Source of the DNA: Solirubrobacterales bacterium
GTDB taxonomy: Bacteria; Actinomycetota; Thermoleophilia; Solirubrobacterales; Thermoleophilaceae
Assembly (NCBI GenBank): GCA_038215095.1
Contig: JBBQRG010000003.1
Location: 170-64,169 of the forward strand
Length of the DNA stretch: 64,000 nucleotides
Direction of reading: 5' to 3'
The notes below the pieces were generated by a model. It was not told the DNA's origin. It saw nothing but the letters and a program-made list of their open reading frames with translations, and did not search any database. Below are positions 29,168 to 39,982 of the stretch, one piece after another (positions within the stretch are counted from its first letter, which is position 1; each line of letters opens with the position of its first letter). The position numbers and the translations under genes were made by a program.

Positions 29168-30651
29168 GGGGCCGGAACAATATCCGGTGGTTCGGGCAGG
29201 TCGTCGAGCTGTCCGAGCGCCGCCGCGATCACGCCCTGGGCCACGCTTTCCCAGCTGTAGCGCCGTCGCGCCAGATCGGCCAGCGAAGCCCTGGCCTGGT
29301 CCCTCCGGCCGGGGTCCAGTTGGAGCCACTCCACCAGCTTGCGGGCGATCTCCTCCACCGCTCCCGCGCCCACCTCGAACGCCATCAGCTCGCGCAGGTC
29401 CTCGTCCAGCGTGGGCGCCAGAGTGGCGGTCACCTCGGCCATGCCCGAGTGGGCCGCGGACAGCGGCAGGGCCCCGCAGGCGGCCGCCTCGGCCGCCACC
29501 ATCCCGAAGGCCTCCGGGAAGGTGCTGGGCATCACGAGCGCCTCGCAGGCCGGCAGCAGGCTGGGCAGGTCCTCGTGCTCCAGGCGGCCGGTGAAGCCCA
29601 CGCGCTCCGCCAGCCCCGGGGCGGCTTCGAGGTAGCCGCGCCGCTGCTCGCCCTCCAGGCCGTCCAGGAAGGCGGCCAGGTGGCGCAGCTCGCCGGCCGG
29701 CCCGCCCTCCAGCTCGCGGCCGCGTGCGGCAACCTCGCGCGCGCCGTCCAGGTCGCCGCTCGAGAGCGCCCCCAGGAGCCGCTCGAGCCCATCGCGGTAC
29801 TCGCCGAACCCCACGATCACCAGGCGCGCCTCCGGCACCTGCGCCAGCACCAGCGGCCAGGCGGCCAGCAGCAGGTCCACGCCCTTCGACACGATCAGCT
29901 TGCCCACGAACGCAACGATGCGGTCGTCGGCGGGGTCGAGGCGCTCGAGCTCGGCGGCGGCTCCCGCCTCGCCGCCCCAGGACGCCGCCTGGCCGCCCTC
30001 CAGGCGCTCAGCCAGCTCGTGCAGGCGCTTCGCCGCATCGGCGGCCTCGAGCGGCCTGAAGGCCTCCACGTCCACCCCGGGCGGCCCCAGGCGCGTGCGC
30101 TCCGCCAGCCCCGGCTCGTCCATCACCTCCCAGAGGCTCTCGGCCGTGTGCCGCGAGCCCACCAGCACGCCGCCGGCCCCGGCCAGGCCCTCGCGCGCGT
30201 AGGGCAGGAAGCGCTCCCGGTGGGGGCGCACGACGTACTCGAGCGCGCTGCCGTGGACCTTCACCGCGTAGGGCACGCGGCCCTCGAGCGCCCGCGCGAG
30301 GACCACGGGGCCCATGATCAGGTGGTTGGCCAGCGCAACGTCGGGCTCCACCCGCTCGGCCACCTCTCTGACCGCGTCCACGTTGGCGTCCAGGTAGCGC
30401 CCGATCTCCTCGTCGCCCAGCTCCGGGAACGGCACTGCGCGGAAGCCCTCGTAGCTGTCGGCCACGTACAGCGGCAGCACCCCGCCGATGTCGGGCACGT
30501 GGATCTCGGCGCCGACGTCCGGCGGGTCGCGGTCCTGGCAGAACAGGTGCACCTCGTGCCCCATGCCGGCCAGTGCGCGGCAGAGGCTCGCGTTGTAGAT
30601 GTTGCTGCCCGTACCGCGCAGCAGGTAGCCGTGGAAGATGAGGATTCGCAC
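29164..30651 (-). CDS. Glycosyltransferase family 4 (GT-B)
   Basis: 495 aa: MRILIFHGYLLRGTGSNIY and C-terminal E-x7-E region STFPEAFGMVAAEAAACG. Confidence 0.85.
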   Translation of the reverse strand: MRILIFHGYLLRGTGSNIYNASLCRALAGMGHEVHLFCQDRDPPDVGAEIHVPDIGGVLPLYVADSYEGFRAVPFPELGDEEIGRYLDANVDAVREVAERVEPDVALANHLIMGPVVLARALEGRVPYAVKVHGSALEYVVRPHRERFLPYAREGLAGAGGVLVGSRHTAESLWEVMDEPGLAERTRLGPPGVDVEAFRPLEAADAAKRLHELAERLEGGQAASWGGEAGAAAELERLDPADDRIVAFVGKLIVSKGVDLLLAAWPLVLAQVPEARLVIVGFGEYRDGLERLLGALSSGDLDGAREVAARGRELEGGPAGELRHLAAFLDGLEGEQRRGYLEAAPGLAERVGFTGRLEHEDLPSLLPACEALVMPSTFPEAFGMVAAEAAACGALPLSAAHSGMAEVTATLAPTLDEDLRELMAFEVGAGAVEEIARKLVEWLQLDPGRRDQARASLADLARRRYSWESVAQGVIAAALGQLDDLPEPPDIVPAP

Positions 30652-30700
30652 CTTGACTAGACGCTACCTGTGGGCCGCATGGCCTATTCTTCCCGCCTTC

Positions 30701-30994
30701 ATGCCGGCCCGTCAGCGATACCGCCTGCGCGCCCGCTCCGACCGCGAGATCATCAGCGAGGTCGAGCCGGGCAAGACCTACGTGGACCGCGACAGTGGCG
30801 AGGAGTTCGAGGTCGTGTCCGCGTTGCTGCCGCTGGCGCCCTCCCCCAGCGACCTGCCCTACTCGGTGGAGAACCTGCGCCTGTGCGGCTGCTCCCTCGA
30901 GCAGCTCGTGCAGCGCGACCTGAACGATTGCCCGCATTGCGGCCGCCGCCTGCCGGCGGTCCAGCGCCCGGACGAGCGTCCGAGCGATAGTTGA
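30701..30994 (+). CDS. Hypothetical 97-aa protein with a CxC...CxxC cluster
   Basis: ATG at 30701. The sequence LCGCSLEQLVQRDLNDCPHC suggests a zinc knuckle. Divergent from the GT4 gene. Confidence 0.45.
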   Translation: MPARQRYRLRARSDREIISEVEPGKTYVDRDSGEEFEVVSALLPLAPSPSDLPYSVENLRLCGCSLEQLVQRDLNDCPHCGRRLPAVQRPDERPSDS

Positions 30995-31004
30995 CCCTGC
31001 GAGC

Positions 31005-31370
31005 GTGGCCCGCTCGCGTATCGCCCTCCTCCTCGCCCTGCTCGCGCTGGCGCCGCCGCTCGCGCTGACGGCCTGCGGCGGCGACAAGGAGGCCGCCAAG
31101 AAGCCGCGGACCACCACCACCCGCACGGAGCCAACCGCGCCCCGCGCGGAGACCGTGCCGGCGGCTCCGGTGCAGACCACGCCCGCGCCCAGCACGACCT
31201 CGCAGGATCCCGCCACGGCTCCCAACACGCCCGGCGAGGGCAACGGCAGCACCCGCGGCACGCCACAGGGCGGCTCCGACAGCCCCCAGAACGACACGCC
31301 GCCGCCGTCAGGCAGCCCCGCGGAGCGCTTCGAGAAGGACTGCGAGAGCCGGCCGAAGACCTGCGGCTAG
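31005..31370 (+). CDS. Lipoprotein with a Pro/Thr-rich low-complexity body
   Basis: Signal peptide and lipobox MARSRIALLLALLALAPPLALTAC, followed by a P/T/A-rich region. Confidence 0.6.
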   Translation: MARSRIALLLALLALAPPLALTACGGDKEAAKKPRTTTTRTEPTAPRAETVPAAPVQTTPAPSTTSQDPATAPNTPGEGNGSTRGTPQGGSDSPQNDTPPPSGSPAERFEKDCESRPKTCG

Positions 31371-31711
31371 GCGAACGCGCCGGCCAGGCCGCCGAGCGCC
31401 TGCTCGCGCGAGCCGAAGATGCGCAGGTGGCCTACGAGGCCGGTGATCTGGAAGGGGCGCATGATGCGCTCGGTCGGGCAAACGAGCACGAGGCCGCCCT
31501 TTCGCACCCGCAGCTGCTTGAGCGCGTAGAGCAGCACGCCGATCCCCGTGGAGTCCATGAAGGTCACGTCCGAGAGGTCCACGACGACCCGCGTCTTGCC
31601 TTCGTCGGCCAAGCCGAGCAGGCGGCGGCCGAGCTGAGGCGCCGTCAGCGCGTCAACCTCGCCACACGGGGCGACGACGTGCGTGCGCTCGTCGACAGCC
31701 TCGTCGTTCAT
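31367..31711 (-). CDS. STAS-domain anti-sigma-factor antagonist (SpoIIAA-like)
   Basis: 114 aa from MNDEAVDE. VVDLSDVTFMDSTGIGVLL contains the conserved phosphorylatable Ser. The longer track ORF has an Arg/Pro-rich N-terminus and was trimmed. Confidence 0.75.
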   Translation of the reverse strand: MNDEAVDERTHVVAPCGEVDALTAPQLGRRLLGLADEGKTRVVVDLSDVTFMDSTGIGVLLYALKQLRVRKGGLVLVCPTERIMRPFQITGLVGHLRIFGSREQALGGLAGAFA

Positions 31712-31749
31712 GCCGAAATCGATCAGGCCCCCCAAGGCGCCGGACGCTA

Positions 31750-32103
31750 TCAGGCTTGCCGGTGGGCCGGAGCGGGGCTGCGGCCGGGTCTGCGGACGCG
31801 CGCGGGAGCCGGCGCCGGGACCGGCAGGTCGCTGCCGCGCCGGCGCGGCACGCGGGCCGGCGGAGTGTGGTCGCGGTCGCGCGATCGGCCGGGGCGCCAG
31901 CGGCCCAGCGGCAGGTGCATGCCGTCGCCGCCCGGGCCGTCTCCGGCAGGCCGGGGCCCGGGGCCTTCGCCCCCGCCGCCGTCGTCTCCCCGCGAATCGT
32001 CGTCGTCGTCGCGCAGCTTGAAGAACCAGATCAGCCACACGATCAGCAGGCCGACGTCGAAAACGCGGAAGCCGACCATGAAGATCCACCCCTCAGTGGT
32101 CAT
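31750..32103 (-). CDS. Hypothetical membrane protein: one N-terminal TM region followed by a poly-Asp and Gly/Pro/Arg-rich tail
   Basis: MTTEGWIFMVGFRVFDVGLLIVWLIWFFKLRDDDDDSRGDDGGGGEG... ATG start. Sits directly upstream of the STAS gene. Confidence 0.45.
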   Translation of the reverse strand: MTTEGWIFMVGFRVFDVGLLIVWLIWFFKLRDDDDDSRGDDGGGGEGPGPRPAGDGPGGDGMHLPLGRWRPGRSRDRDHTPPARVPRRRGSDLPVPAPAPARVRRPGRSPAPAHRQA

Positions 32104-32154
32104 CTCCTCACGATGCTACCGCGATGGGCGCGGCCTTCAAGACCGCAGTTGCGC

Positions 32155-32838
32155 CTAGCCCTTGGTTCCGTCGGTGGTACGGGGGTCCGGGACGTAGGTA
32201 ACGGTGTACAGCAGGCGGGCGCGGAAGTAGGTGCAGCCGTACACGCGGATCGCGCCGGGAGTGTGCTGAGCGGCCGCCTGGGAGACGTCGTCGCACTTGC
32301 CCTTGGCCCTCGAGGAGCGCCACCAGTTGCTGCGCGGCAGGTTCACGGCGAAGGCGGGGGCCCAGGTGGGCACGGTCAGCGCGATGATGTTGCCCTTCGA
32401 CACCTGGATAGGGGTGTCGAACACGAAGGTGGGACTCGAGCCGAAGTAGTGATCGACCCTGAAGAGGGGCGACTGGCGCAGCAGGCGGTGGTTCAGGCGC
32501 GTCTTGCGCTTCTTGCCCTGCCGCACCACGGAGATGCGGACCTGCGGCGGCCCCCCGTAGAGGTCGGTGAAGAACTTGACCTGGTTGGCGTCGGGCTTGC
32601 CGAGCGTGACCGTGAACGCCACGATCTTGCCGTCCCGCGGGATCCGGAACGGGTCAGCGCCCTTGCCCGAGCGTCCCATGTAGCCCGACACGCGGCCGAT
32701 CGCCTGGCAGTTCGCCGGGCAGCTGGCGAGGGTCGTCGCGGGGTTCGCGTCCGCGCCCAGCTCGATCACCTTGGCCTGGGCCGACGGGGCCAGGGCGAGG
32801 ACGATCAGTGCGGCGATGAGTGGGAGGGCTCGTCTCAT
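32155..32838 (-). CDS. Secreted hypothetical protein (227 aa)
   Basis: Sec signal peptide MRRALPLIAALIVLALAPSAQA. Four Cys residues. No recognisable catalytic motif. Confidence 0.6.
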   Translation of the reverse strand: MRRALPLIAALIVLALAPSAQAKVIELGADANPATTLASCPANCQAIGRVSGYMGRSGKGADPFRIPRDGKIVAFTVTLGKPDANQVKFFTDLYGGPPQVRISVVRQGKKRKTRLNHRLLRQSPLFRVDHYFGSSPTFVFDTPIQVSKGNIIALTVPTWAPAFAVNLPRSNWWRSSRAKGKCDDVSQAAAQHTPGAIRVYGCTYFRARLLYTVTYVPDPRTTDGTKG

Positions 32839-32880
32839 GACCGGGCTAAAACACCCGTTTCGCCACCTAGTTGCGGCTTC

Positions 32881-33099
32881 CTACTTGTAGCGATAGGTGA
32901 TCCGTCCGCGATCGAGGTCGTACGGCGACAGCTCGATCTTGACCCGGTCACCGGGCAGGATGCGGATGTAGTGACGCCGCATCTTGCCCGAGATGTGACC
33001 GAGAACCTCGTGATCGTTGTCGAGCTTCACCTTGAACATCGTGTTCGGGAGGGCCTCGAGGATGACGCCCTCCATCTCAATCTTTTCTTCCTTGGGCAC
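32881..33099 (-). CDS. infA: Translation initiation factor IF-1
   Basis: 72 aa: [52 protein letters not shown]. Confidence 0.97.
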   Translation of the reverse strand: MPKEEKIEMEGVILEALPNTMFKVKLDNDHEVLGHISGKMRRHYIRILPGDRVKIELSPYDLDRGRITYRYK

Positions 33100-33113
33100 G
33101 AGGCGAGCGGGCG

Positions 33114-33317
33114 CTAGATCGCCCGGACGTTCACCGCCTTCGGTCCCTTGTCGCCGACCTCTTCCTCGTACTCGACCTTGGCGTTCTCCGCCAGCGACTT
33201 GAAGCCGCCCCCGTCGATCCCTGAATAGTGGACGAACAGGTCTCGATCGCCGTCATCGGGCGTGATGAACCCGTAGCCCTTCTCGTCGTTGAACCACTTG
33301 ACGGTTCCGGTAGGCAC
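33114..33317 (-). CDS. cspA: Cold-shock protein (CspA family)
   Basis: 67 aa: [15 protein letters not shown] (RNP-1) and DLFVHYS (RNP-2). GTG start with a GGAAGGGAAGG ribosome-binding site. A 133-nt upstream gap is consistent with a long csp leader. Confidence 0.95.
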   Translation of the reverse strand: MPTGTVKWFNDEKGYGFITPDDGDRDLFVHYSGIDGGGFKSLAENAKVEYEEEVGDKGPKAVNVRAI

Positions 33318-33450
33318 GCGCTGTTCCTTCCCTTCCTGCTTGTGCCTGCTCGAACCAGCGGTTGCAAATCCGATCTCGGCACGTGCGAAATGGTTCCTGC
33401 CGGCACGGGCCGGCCCAACGGGGAGAAACGCTATCAGGGGCGGCCGTCGC

Positions 33451-34224
33451 CTAGTTGCCCTCGAAAGTCGCCTTGCCGGGGCCCTGCTCGAGGAAGCTCT
33501 TCACCGCGCCCTGCAGGTCCGACGTCTCGAACAGCGGCGCGCCGATGTCGGGGGTGCGCTCGTCGGCACCGCGAACGCCGTGCTCGAGGAAGGCCCGCAC
33601 GATCCGCTTCGTGGCGCCGTGGGCCACGGTGGGCCCGGCGGCGAGGCGCTGGGCGAAGCGCATCGACTTCTCGGCCAGCTCGCCGTCCGGCAGGACGCGG
33701 TTGACCACGTTCCAGTGCTCGAGCTCCGCGGCCGGGTAGACGCCCCCGCTCATCACGAACTCGCGCGCGCGGGCGGGGCCCGCCCGCTCCGCCATGCGCT
33801 GGGTGCCACCCATCAGCGGAGTCAGCCCCACGACGGCCTCCACCAGGCCGAACTGGGCCGATTCGGAGGCCCAGATCATGTCGCAGCCGAGCGCGAGCTC
33901 GAGGCCGGCGGTCAGGCACAGCCCGTGCACCGACGCGAGGGTGGGAAACGGCAGCCCCTCCAGGCGGTGGGTGATGCCGAGCAGGCCGGCCACGAACTCG
34001 CGCGCGTCCTCCTCGGACAGGCCGTGGAACACGTTCACGTCGGCGCCGCCGGTGAACAGCTCGCCCTCGGCGCGAACCAGCAGCGCGCGCAGGCCGGCGC
34101 TGTCGGCCTGCTCGAGCGCGGCCGACACGTCGGCCACCATCTCGCGGCCGAACAGGTTCAGCGGCGGGGCGTCGATCACGAGGACGCCCACGTCCCCGTC
34201 GCGCTCGAGGCGCGCGCTAGCCAC
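33451..34224 (-). CDS. Enoyl-CoA hydratase/isomerase (crotonase) family protein
   Basis: 257 aa from GTG ([21 protein letters not shown]). Also FTGGADV and [15 protein letters not shown]. The start overlaps the end of the HIT gene by 8 nt. Confidence 0.85.
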   Translation of the reverse strand: MASARLERDGDVGVLVIDAPPLNLFGREMVADVSAALEQADSAGLRALLVRAEGELFTGGADVNVFHGLSEEDAREFVAGLLGITHRLEGLPFPTLASVHGLCLTAGLELALGCDMIWASESAQFGLVEAVVGLTPLMGGTQRMAERAGPARAREFVMSGGVYPAAELEHWNVVNRVLPDGELAEKSMRFAQRLAAGPTVAHGATKRIVRAFLEHGVRGADERTPDIGAPLFETSDLQGAVKSFLEQGPGKATFEGN

Positions 34225-34627
34225 GGAGCTCGTCGGCCACGGCCCGCAGCTCGTCCTCGCCCACGTCCTGCGGCTTTCCGGGCAGCCGCAGCGGGTCGTC
34301 CTCATAACGCGGGATCACGTGCACGTGGAAGTGGAAGACCGTCTGCCAGGCGGCCTGCTCGGTCGAGTTCAGCAGGTTGATGCCGTCGCAATGAAGCCGG
34401 TCGCGCATCCGCCCGGCCAGCCGCTTGGCGGCCGCCATCACGTGGGCGAGGTCCTCATCGCCGACCTCGTACAGGTTCTTCGAGTGCCGGCGCGGAATCA
34501 CGAGCGCATGGCCCCGCGTCCACGGGCTGATGTCCATGAAAGCGACCGTGTGCTCGTCCTCCTGGACGATCTCAGCCGGCCCCTCGCCGGCCGCGATTGA
34601 GCAGAAGATGCAGTCGTCGTCCGCCAC
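34217..34627 (-). CDS. HIT-family nucleotide hydrolase
   Basis: 136 aa: CIFCSI and histidine triad HFHVHVIP. Confidence 0.9.
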   Translation of the reverse strand: MADDDCIFCSIAAGEGPAEIVQEDEHTVAFMDISPWTRGHALVIPRRHSKNLYEVGDEDLAHVMAAAKRLAGRMRDRLHCDGINLLNSTEQAAWQTVFHFHVHVIPRYEDDPLRLPGKPQDVGEDELRAVADELRG

Positions 34628-34646
34628 GGCGCGGCAGCCTATTGGT

Positions 34647-35615
34647 TCAGAGCCAGCCGACCCGCTTGAAGTTGCTGTAGAGGCCCGTGCAGACCAGCAG
34701 CATGACTCCGAGGACGAGCGGGTAGCCGAAGGTCCAGCGCAGCTCCGGCATGTGCTCGAAGTTCATGCCGTAGATGCCGGCGATCATGGTGGGCACCGCG
34801 GCGATCGCCACCCAGGCCGAGATCTTGCGCATGTCGTCGTTCTGGCGCACGCTGACCTGGGTCAGGTTCGCCTGGAGCACGCTCGTGAGCAGCTCGCGGT
34901 AGCCCTCGACCTGCTCGTGAACACGCACCAGGTGGTCGTTCACGTCGCGGAAGTAGGTGCGCACCTCGGGGTGGATCAGCTCGTAGCGCCCACGGGCCAG
35001 CTTGTCGACCGGCTCCGTGAGCGGCGAGACGGCGCGGTTGAACTCGAGCACCTCGCGCTTGAGCTTGTAGATCCGCTCCGAGGGGCTGGTGCGCGCGGGA
35101 GAGAAGACCTCGTCCTCGACCTGCTCGATGTCCTCGCCGAGCCCCTCGACGGCCGGCGAGTAGTCGTCCACCACCTGGTCGACGATCGCGTGCAGCACGG
35201 CGCCCGGGCCGCGCTTGAGGTGCTCGGGGTCGCTCTCGAGGCGCTCCCGCACCGCCTCGAGCGCGCTGGCCACGCCATGTCGCACGGTGATCACGAAGTT
35301 CTCGCCCAGGAACACGAGGATCTCGCCCAGCGTGACGACCTCGTCCGAGTCGACGTAGCGCGCGGTCTTCAGCACCACGAAGAGGGTGTTGCCGTAGACC
35401 TCGAGCTTGGGGCGCTGGTGGGCGTGGATCGCGTCCTCGACGGCCAGCTCGTGGAGGTCGAACTCGCGCTTGATCGAGTCGAACTCCTCCTCGCTCGGCT
35501 CGTACAGGCCGATCCAGACGAAGCCGCTGTCGCCGCGCGCCTCCTTGGCCTGCTCCAGCGAGAGGTCGCCCTGGCGCCGCTTCCCCTCCTCATAGACCGC
35601 GCAGTCGACGATCAT
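34647..35615 (-). CDS. corA: Magnesium/cobalt transporter CorA
   Basis: 322 aa. YGMNF signature followed by two C-terminal TM helices. The ATG overlaps the cca stop (ATGA). Confidence 0.92.
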   Translation of the reverse strand: MIVDCAVYEEGKRRQGDLSLEQAKEARGDSGFVWIGLYEPSEEEFDSIKREFDLHELAVEDAIHAHQRPKLEVYGNTLFVVLKTARYVDSDEVVTLGEILVFLGENFVITVRHGVASALEAVRERLESDPEHLKRGPGAVLHAIVDQVVDDYSPAVEGLGEDIEQVEDEVFSPARTSPSERIYKLKREVLEFNRAVSPLTEPVDKLARGRYELIHPEVRTYFRDVNDHLVRVHEQVEGYRELLTSVLQANLTQVSVRQNDDMRKISAWVAIAAVPTMIAGIYGMNFEHMPELRWTFGYPLVLGVMLLVCTGLYSNFKRVGWL

Positions 35616-36991
35616 CCGGGCGGATTGTGGCGTAGGCGCCGGGCGACCTCCAGCGCCTGATCGCGCGTGACGGCCTCGCCGGTGAAGGCGGCCTCCTCGA
35701 GTTCGGCCAGCAGCCGGCCCAGTTCCGGACCGGGCTCGATGTCAAGCTCGCCCGCCAGCTCGTCGCCCCGGAGCGGCGGGCGCGGCGGCCCGGCCGCGCG
35801 CCATGCCAGCGCCTCGGCCATCAGCTCGCGCGCCAGCTCCAGGTGGGCGGCGATGGCGGCGTCGGCGTTCTTGCCGCGGGTGGCGAGGCGGTCCGCGCAG
35901 GACAGCAGCGTGACCTCCACCTCCACCGGGCTCGTGTGCTTCAGGTAGTGGTAGACGGTGCGCCGGTCGAGCGGCCGCTCGTGCACCAGGAAGCCGAGCA
36001 CGAGGTGGTGGCGCGTGACGCCCTCCAGGAAGCGGCTCAGGCGCTCGCTGGTGCGCAGCCGGCGGCAGAGCGCCCGGATCATCTCCTCCCCCACGGCGTC
36101 GTGGCCGATGAAGGTGACCCGCCCGTCGGGGCGCACCCCGCGCGTGGCCGGCTTGCCGATGTCGTGCAGCAGCGCCCCGAAGCGCAGTGCCTGGCCGCGG
36201 GTGAGCTCATCCGCCAGCGGCTCGTCCAGCACGGCCCGAAGCGGGGCCGCCAGCTCGCCGAAGAGCTCCTCCAGGCGCCCCTCCAGCTCGAGTTGGCGGC
36301 GCAGCACCTCGAGCGTGTGCCCGTAGACGTCCAGGTGGTGGAAGTGGCTCTGTTCCACGTCGTGGAGGTCGGCGAGCTCCGGCAGCACGGCCGCCAGCAG
36401 GCCCAGCCGGTCGGCCAGCTCGACGCCCTCGACCGCGCCGCCGGCGGCGAGCAGGCGCTTCAGCTCGCCGAAGACCCGCTCCGGCGAGGCCTCGGAGGTG
36501 CGCGGCGCGGCGGCCGCGCTCAGGCGCTCGGTCTCGGGGTCGGGCTCGAAGCGGAGCTCGGCGGCGAAGCGGGCCAGGCGCAGCGGGCGAAGCGGGTCGG
36601 CGTCGTAGGCACGCGCGCCGAGCACGCGCAGCACGCGGCCGTTTAGGTCCGCGCGGCCGCCGTGGGGGTCGATCAGCTCACCGCCCTCCAGCGGGCGGGC
36701 CATGGCGTTGATCGTGAAGTCGCGCTCGCCCAGGTCGGCCTCGATCGTGTCGCCCTGCAACGGCGAGACGTCGAACACGCGCCCGCCCCGGCGGTCGATC
36801 ACGCGCCACGAGCCGAACGCCTCCGAGAGCGCGAACACGGGCCCGCTGACCTCGCCGGCCAGCGCGCGGGCGGCGCGCTCGGGATCGCCGGCCACGGCCA
36901 GGTCCACATCCGTGACCGGGCGGCCCAGCAGCTCGTCGCGCACGCTGCCACCCACCAGCCAGGCGGGCTCTCCTCGCAGCGCGGCGATCAT
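35612..36991 (-). CDS. cca: CCA-adding enzyme / tRNA nucleotidyltransferase with an HD domain
   Basis: 459 aa: WLVGGSVRDELLGRPVTDVDLAV and the HD region GALLHDIGKP. Confidence 0.85.
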   Translation of the reverse strand: MIAALRGEPAWLVGGSVRDELLGRPVTDVDLAVAGDPERAARALAGEVSGPVFALSEAFGSWRVIDRRGGRVFDVSPLQGDTIEADLGERDFTINAMARPLEGGELIDPHGGRADLNGRVLRVLGARAYDADPLRPLRLARFAAELRFEPDPETERLSAAAAPRTSEASPERVFGELKRLLAAGGAVEGVELADRLGLLAAVLPELADLHDVEQSHFHHLDVYGHTLEVLRRQLELEGRLEELFGELAAPLRAVLDEPLADELTRGQALRFGALLHDIGKPATRGVRPDGRVTFIGHDAVGEEMIRALCRRLRTSERLSRFLEGVTRHHLVLGFLVHERPLDRRTVYHYLKHTSPVEVEVTLLSCADRLATRGKNADAAIAAHLELARELMAEALAWRAAGPPRPPLRGDELAGELDIEPGPELGRLLAELEEAAFTGEAVTRDQALEVARRLRHNPPG

Positions 36992-38105
36992 CGCTCGTGC
37001 AGCCTGCTCACGCGCGGCAGCAGGCCGGTCACCACCTCGTAGTTGATCGTGTCGAGTCGCTTCGCCACCTCTTCGCAGAGGATTCGCTCGTCGCCCTGCG
37101 AGCCGATCAGCACCCCGCTGTCGCCCACCTCCACGTCGGTGTCAGGTCCCAGGTCCACGGTCAGGTTGTCCATGCTGATGGTGCCGACAACCGGGTGGCG
37201 CCGCCCTAGGATCAGCACGTCGCAGTCGTTGGACAGGCCGCGCCGCCAGCCGTCGCCGTAGCCGATCGGCAGCGTGCCGACCCAGGTGTCCTCGGGCGCC
37301 TTCCAGCTGCGGCCGTAGCCAGCGCTGTCGCCGGCGCGGAAGGGCTTCACGGCCGCGACCCACGACTCCAGTCGGAGCGCGGGCTCCAGGCCTTGCTCCG
37401 CCGGGTCCTCGCCGTAGGGGTCGAGCCCGTACACCGCCACGCCACAGCGCACCATGTCGAAGTGCGCGGCCGGCTCGCGCAGCGTGGCCGCGCTGTTCGC
37501 AGCGTGCACCATGATGCCGGGGTGGCGGCGCTTCAGCTCCTCTGCGAAGGGCGTGAAGCGCTCGAGCTGGGCCGGGAAGTGGTCGTCGCCAAGCTCGTCG
37601 GCGGTGGCGAAGTGCGTCATCGCGCCCGCGAGCTCGAGCCGCTCGTCGCCGGCCACCAGCTCGGCCACCGCCTGCGCCTCCTCGAGGTCTGCGGTGCCGA
37701 GCCGCCCCATGCCCGAGTCGAGCTTCACGTGCACTCGCGGCGCCGGGGCGCCGGCCTGCGCGCGCTCCGCCACCGCCCGGGCGAAGCCCTCGCGCCACGC
37801 CACCACGTCGGCGCCCGCGTCCAGCGCCACGTCCAGCTCGTCTGGCGTCAGCGCCCCCATCACGAGCAGCGGTACCAGGAGGCCGGCGCCGCGCAGCTCC
37901 CGCGCCTCCGCGGCCGTGGCCACGGCCAGCCAGGCCGCGCCCCCGCTCAGTGCGGCCTCCGCGGGCGGCGCAGCGCCGTGGCCATAGCCGTTCGCCTTCA
38001 CCACAGCGCAAAGCAGAGTGCCCTCCGGCAGCTCGGTCCGCAGGCGGGCGCAGTTGCGCTCGACCGCGCCAAGGTCCACGCGCGCCGTGGCGCGCTCGGG
38101 GGCGC

Positions 38106-38109
<4 letters not shown>
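36988..38109 (-). CDS. alr: Alanine racemase
   Basis: 373 aa from MSAPERATARVDLGAV. PLP-lysine motif AVVKANGYGHG. Also YGYGWRR-type GYGDGWRRG. ATGA overlaps on both sides. Confidence 0.92.
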
Positions 38110-39613
<1,504 letters not shown>

Positions 39614-39617
<4 letters not shown>

Positions 39618-39967
39618 CGGAGGATGGCCACCGCACCCGCGGTCGTGTCCGTGTGCGTCAGCGACACCGACGGCTCGGCGCCAAGCTCACGGGCCCGCGC
39701 GGCCGCGGCGCCGCTCAGCCGCACCTCGGGCGCAGCGTTGGTGGCGATCACCTCGACGTCGCGGAAGCTCCAGCCGGTCAGGCCGAGGGCCTTGGCGACG
39801 GCCTCCTTGGCACAGAAGCGCGCGGCCAGGTGCTGCGCGGGCCGGGCGCGGCCGGCGGCGTAGCTGCGCTCGGCGTCGGTGAACAACCGCTCGGCGAGCC
39901 GTGGCCGGCGCGCAAGAGCGCGCTCGAAGCGGTCGACGTCGAGGAGATCAAGACCGACACCAACCAC
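39614..39967 (-). CDS. acpS: Holo-[acyl-carrier-protein] synthase
   Basis: 117 aa: VGVGLDLLDVDRF and RFCAKEAVAKALG. 4-nt overlap with nnr. Confidence 0.9.
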
Positions 39968-39982
39968 GCAGCTAGCCCGTTC

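Noticed and set aside
33318-33450. Specific regulatory RNA (cold box or thermosensor) in the cspA leader
   Set aside because: The 133-nt gap is consistent with a long csp 5'-UTR, but no defined conserved element could be recognised by eye. It was left unannotated.
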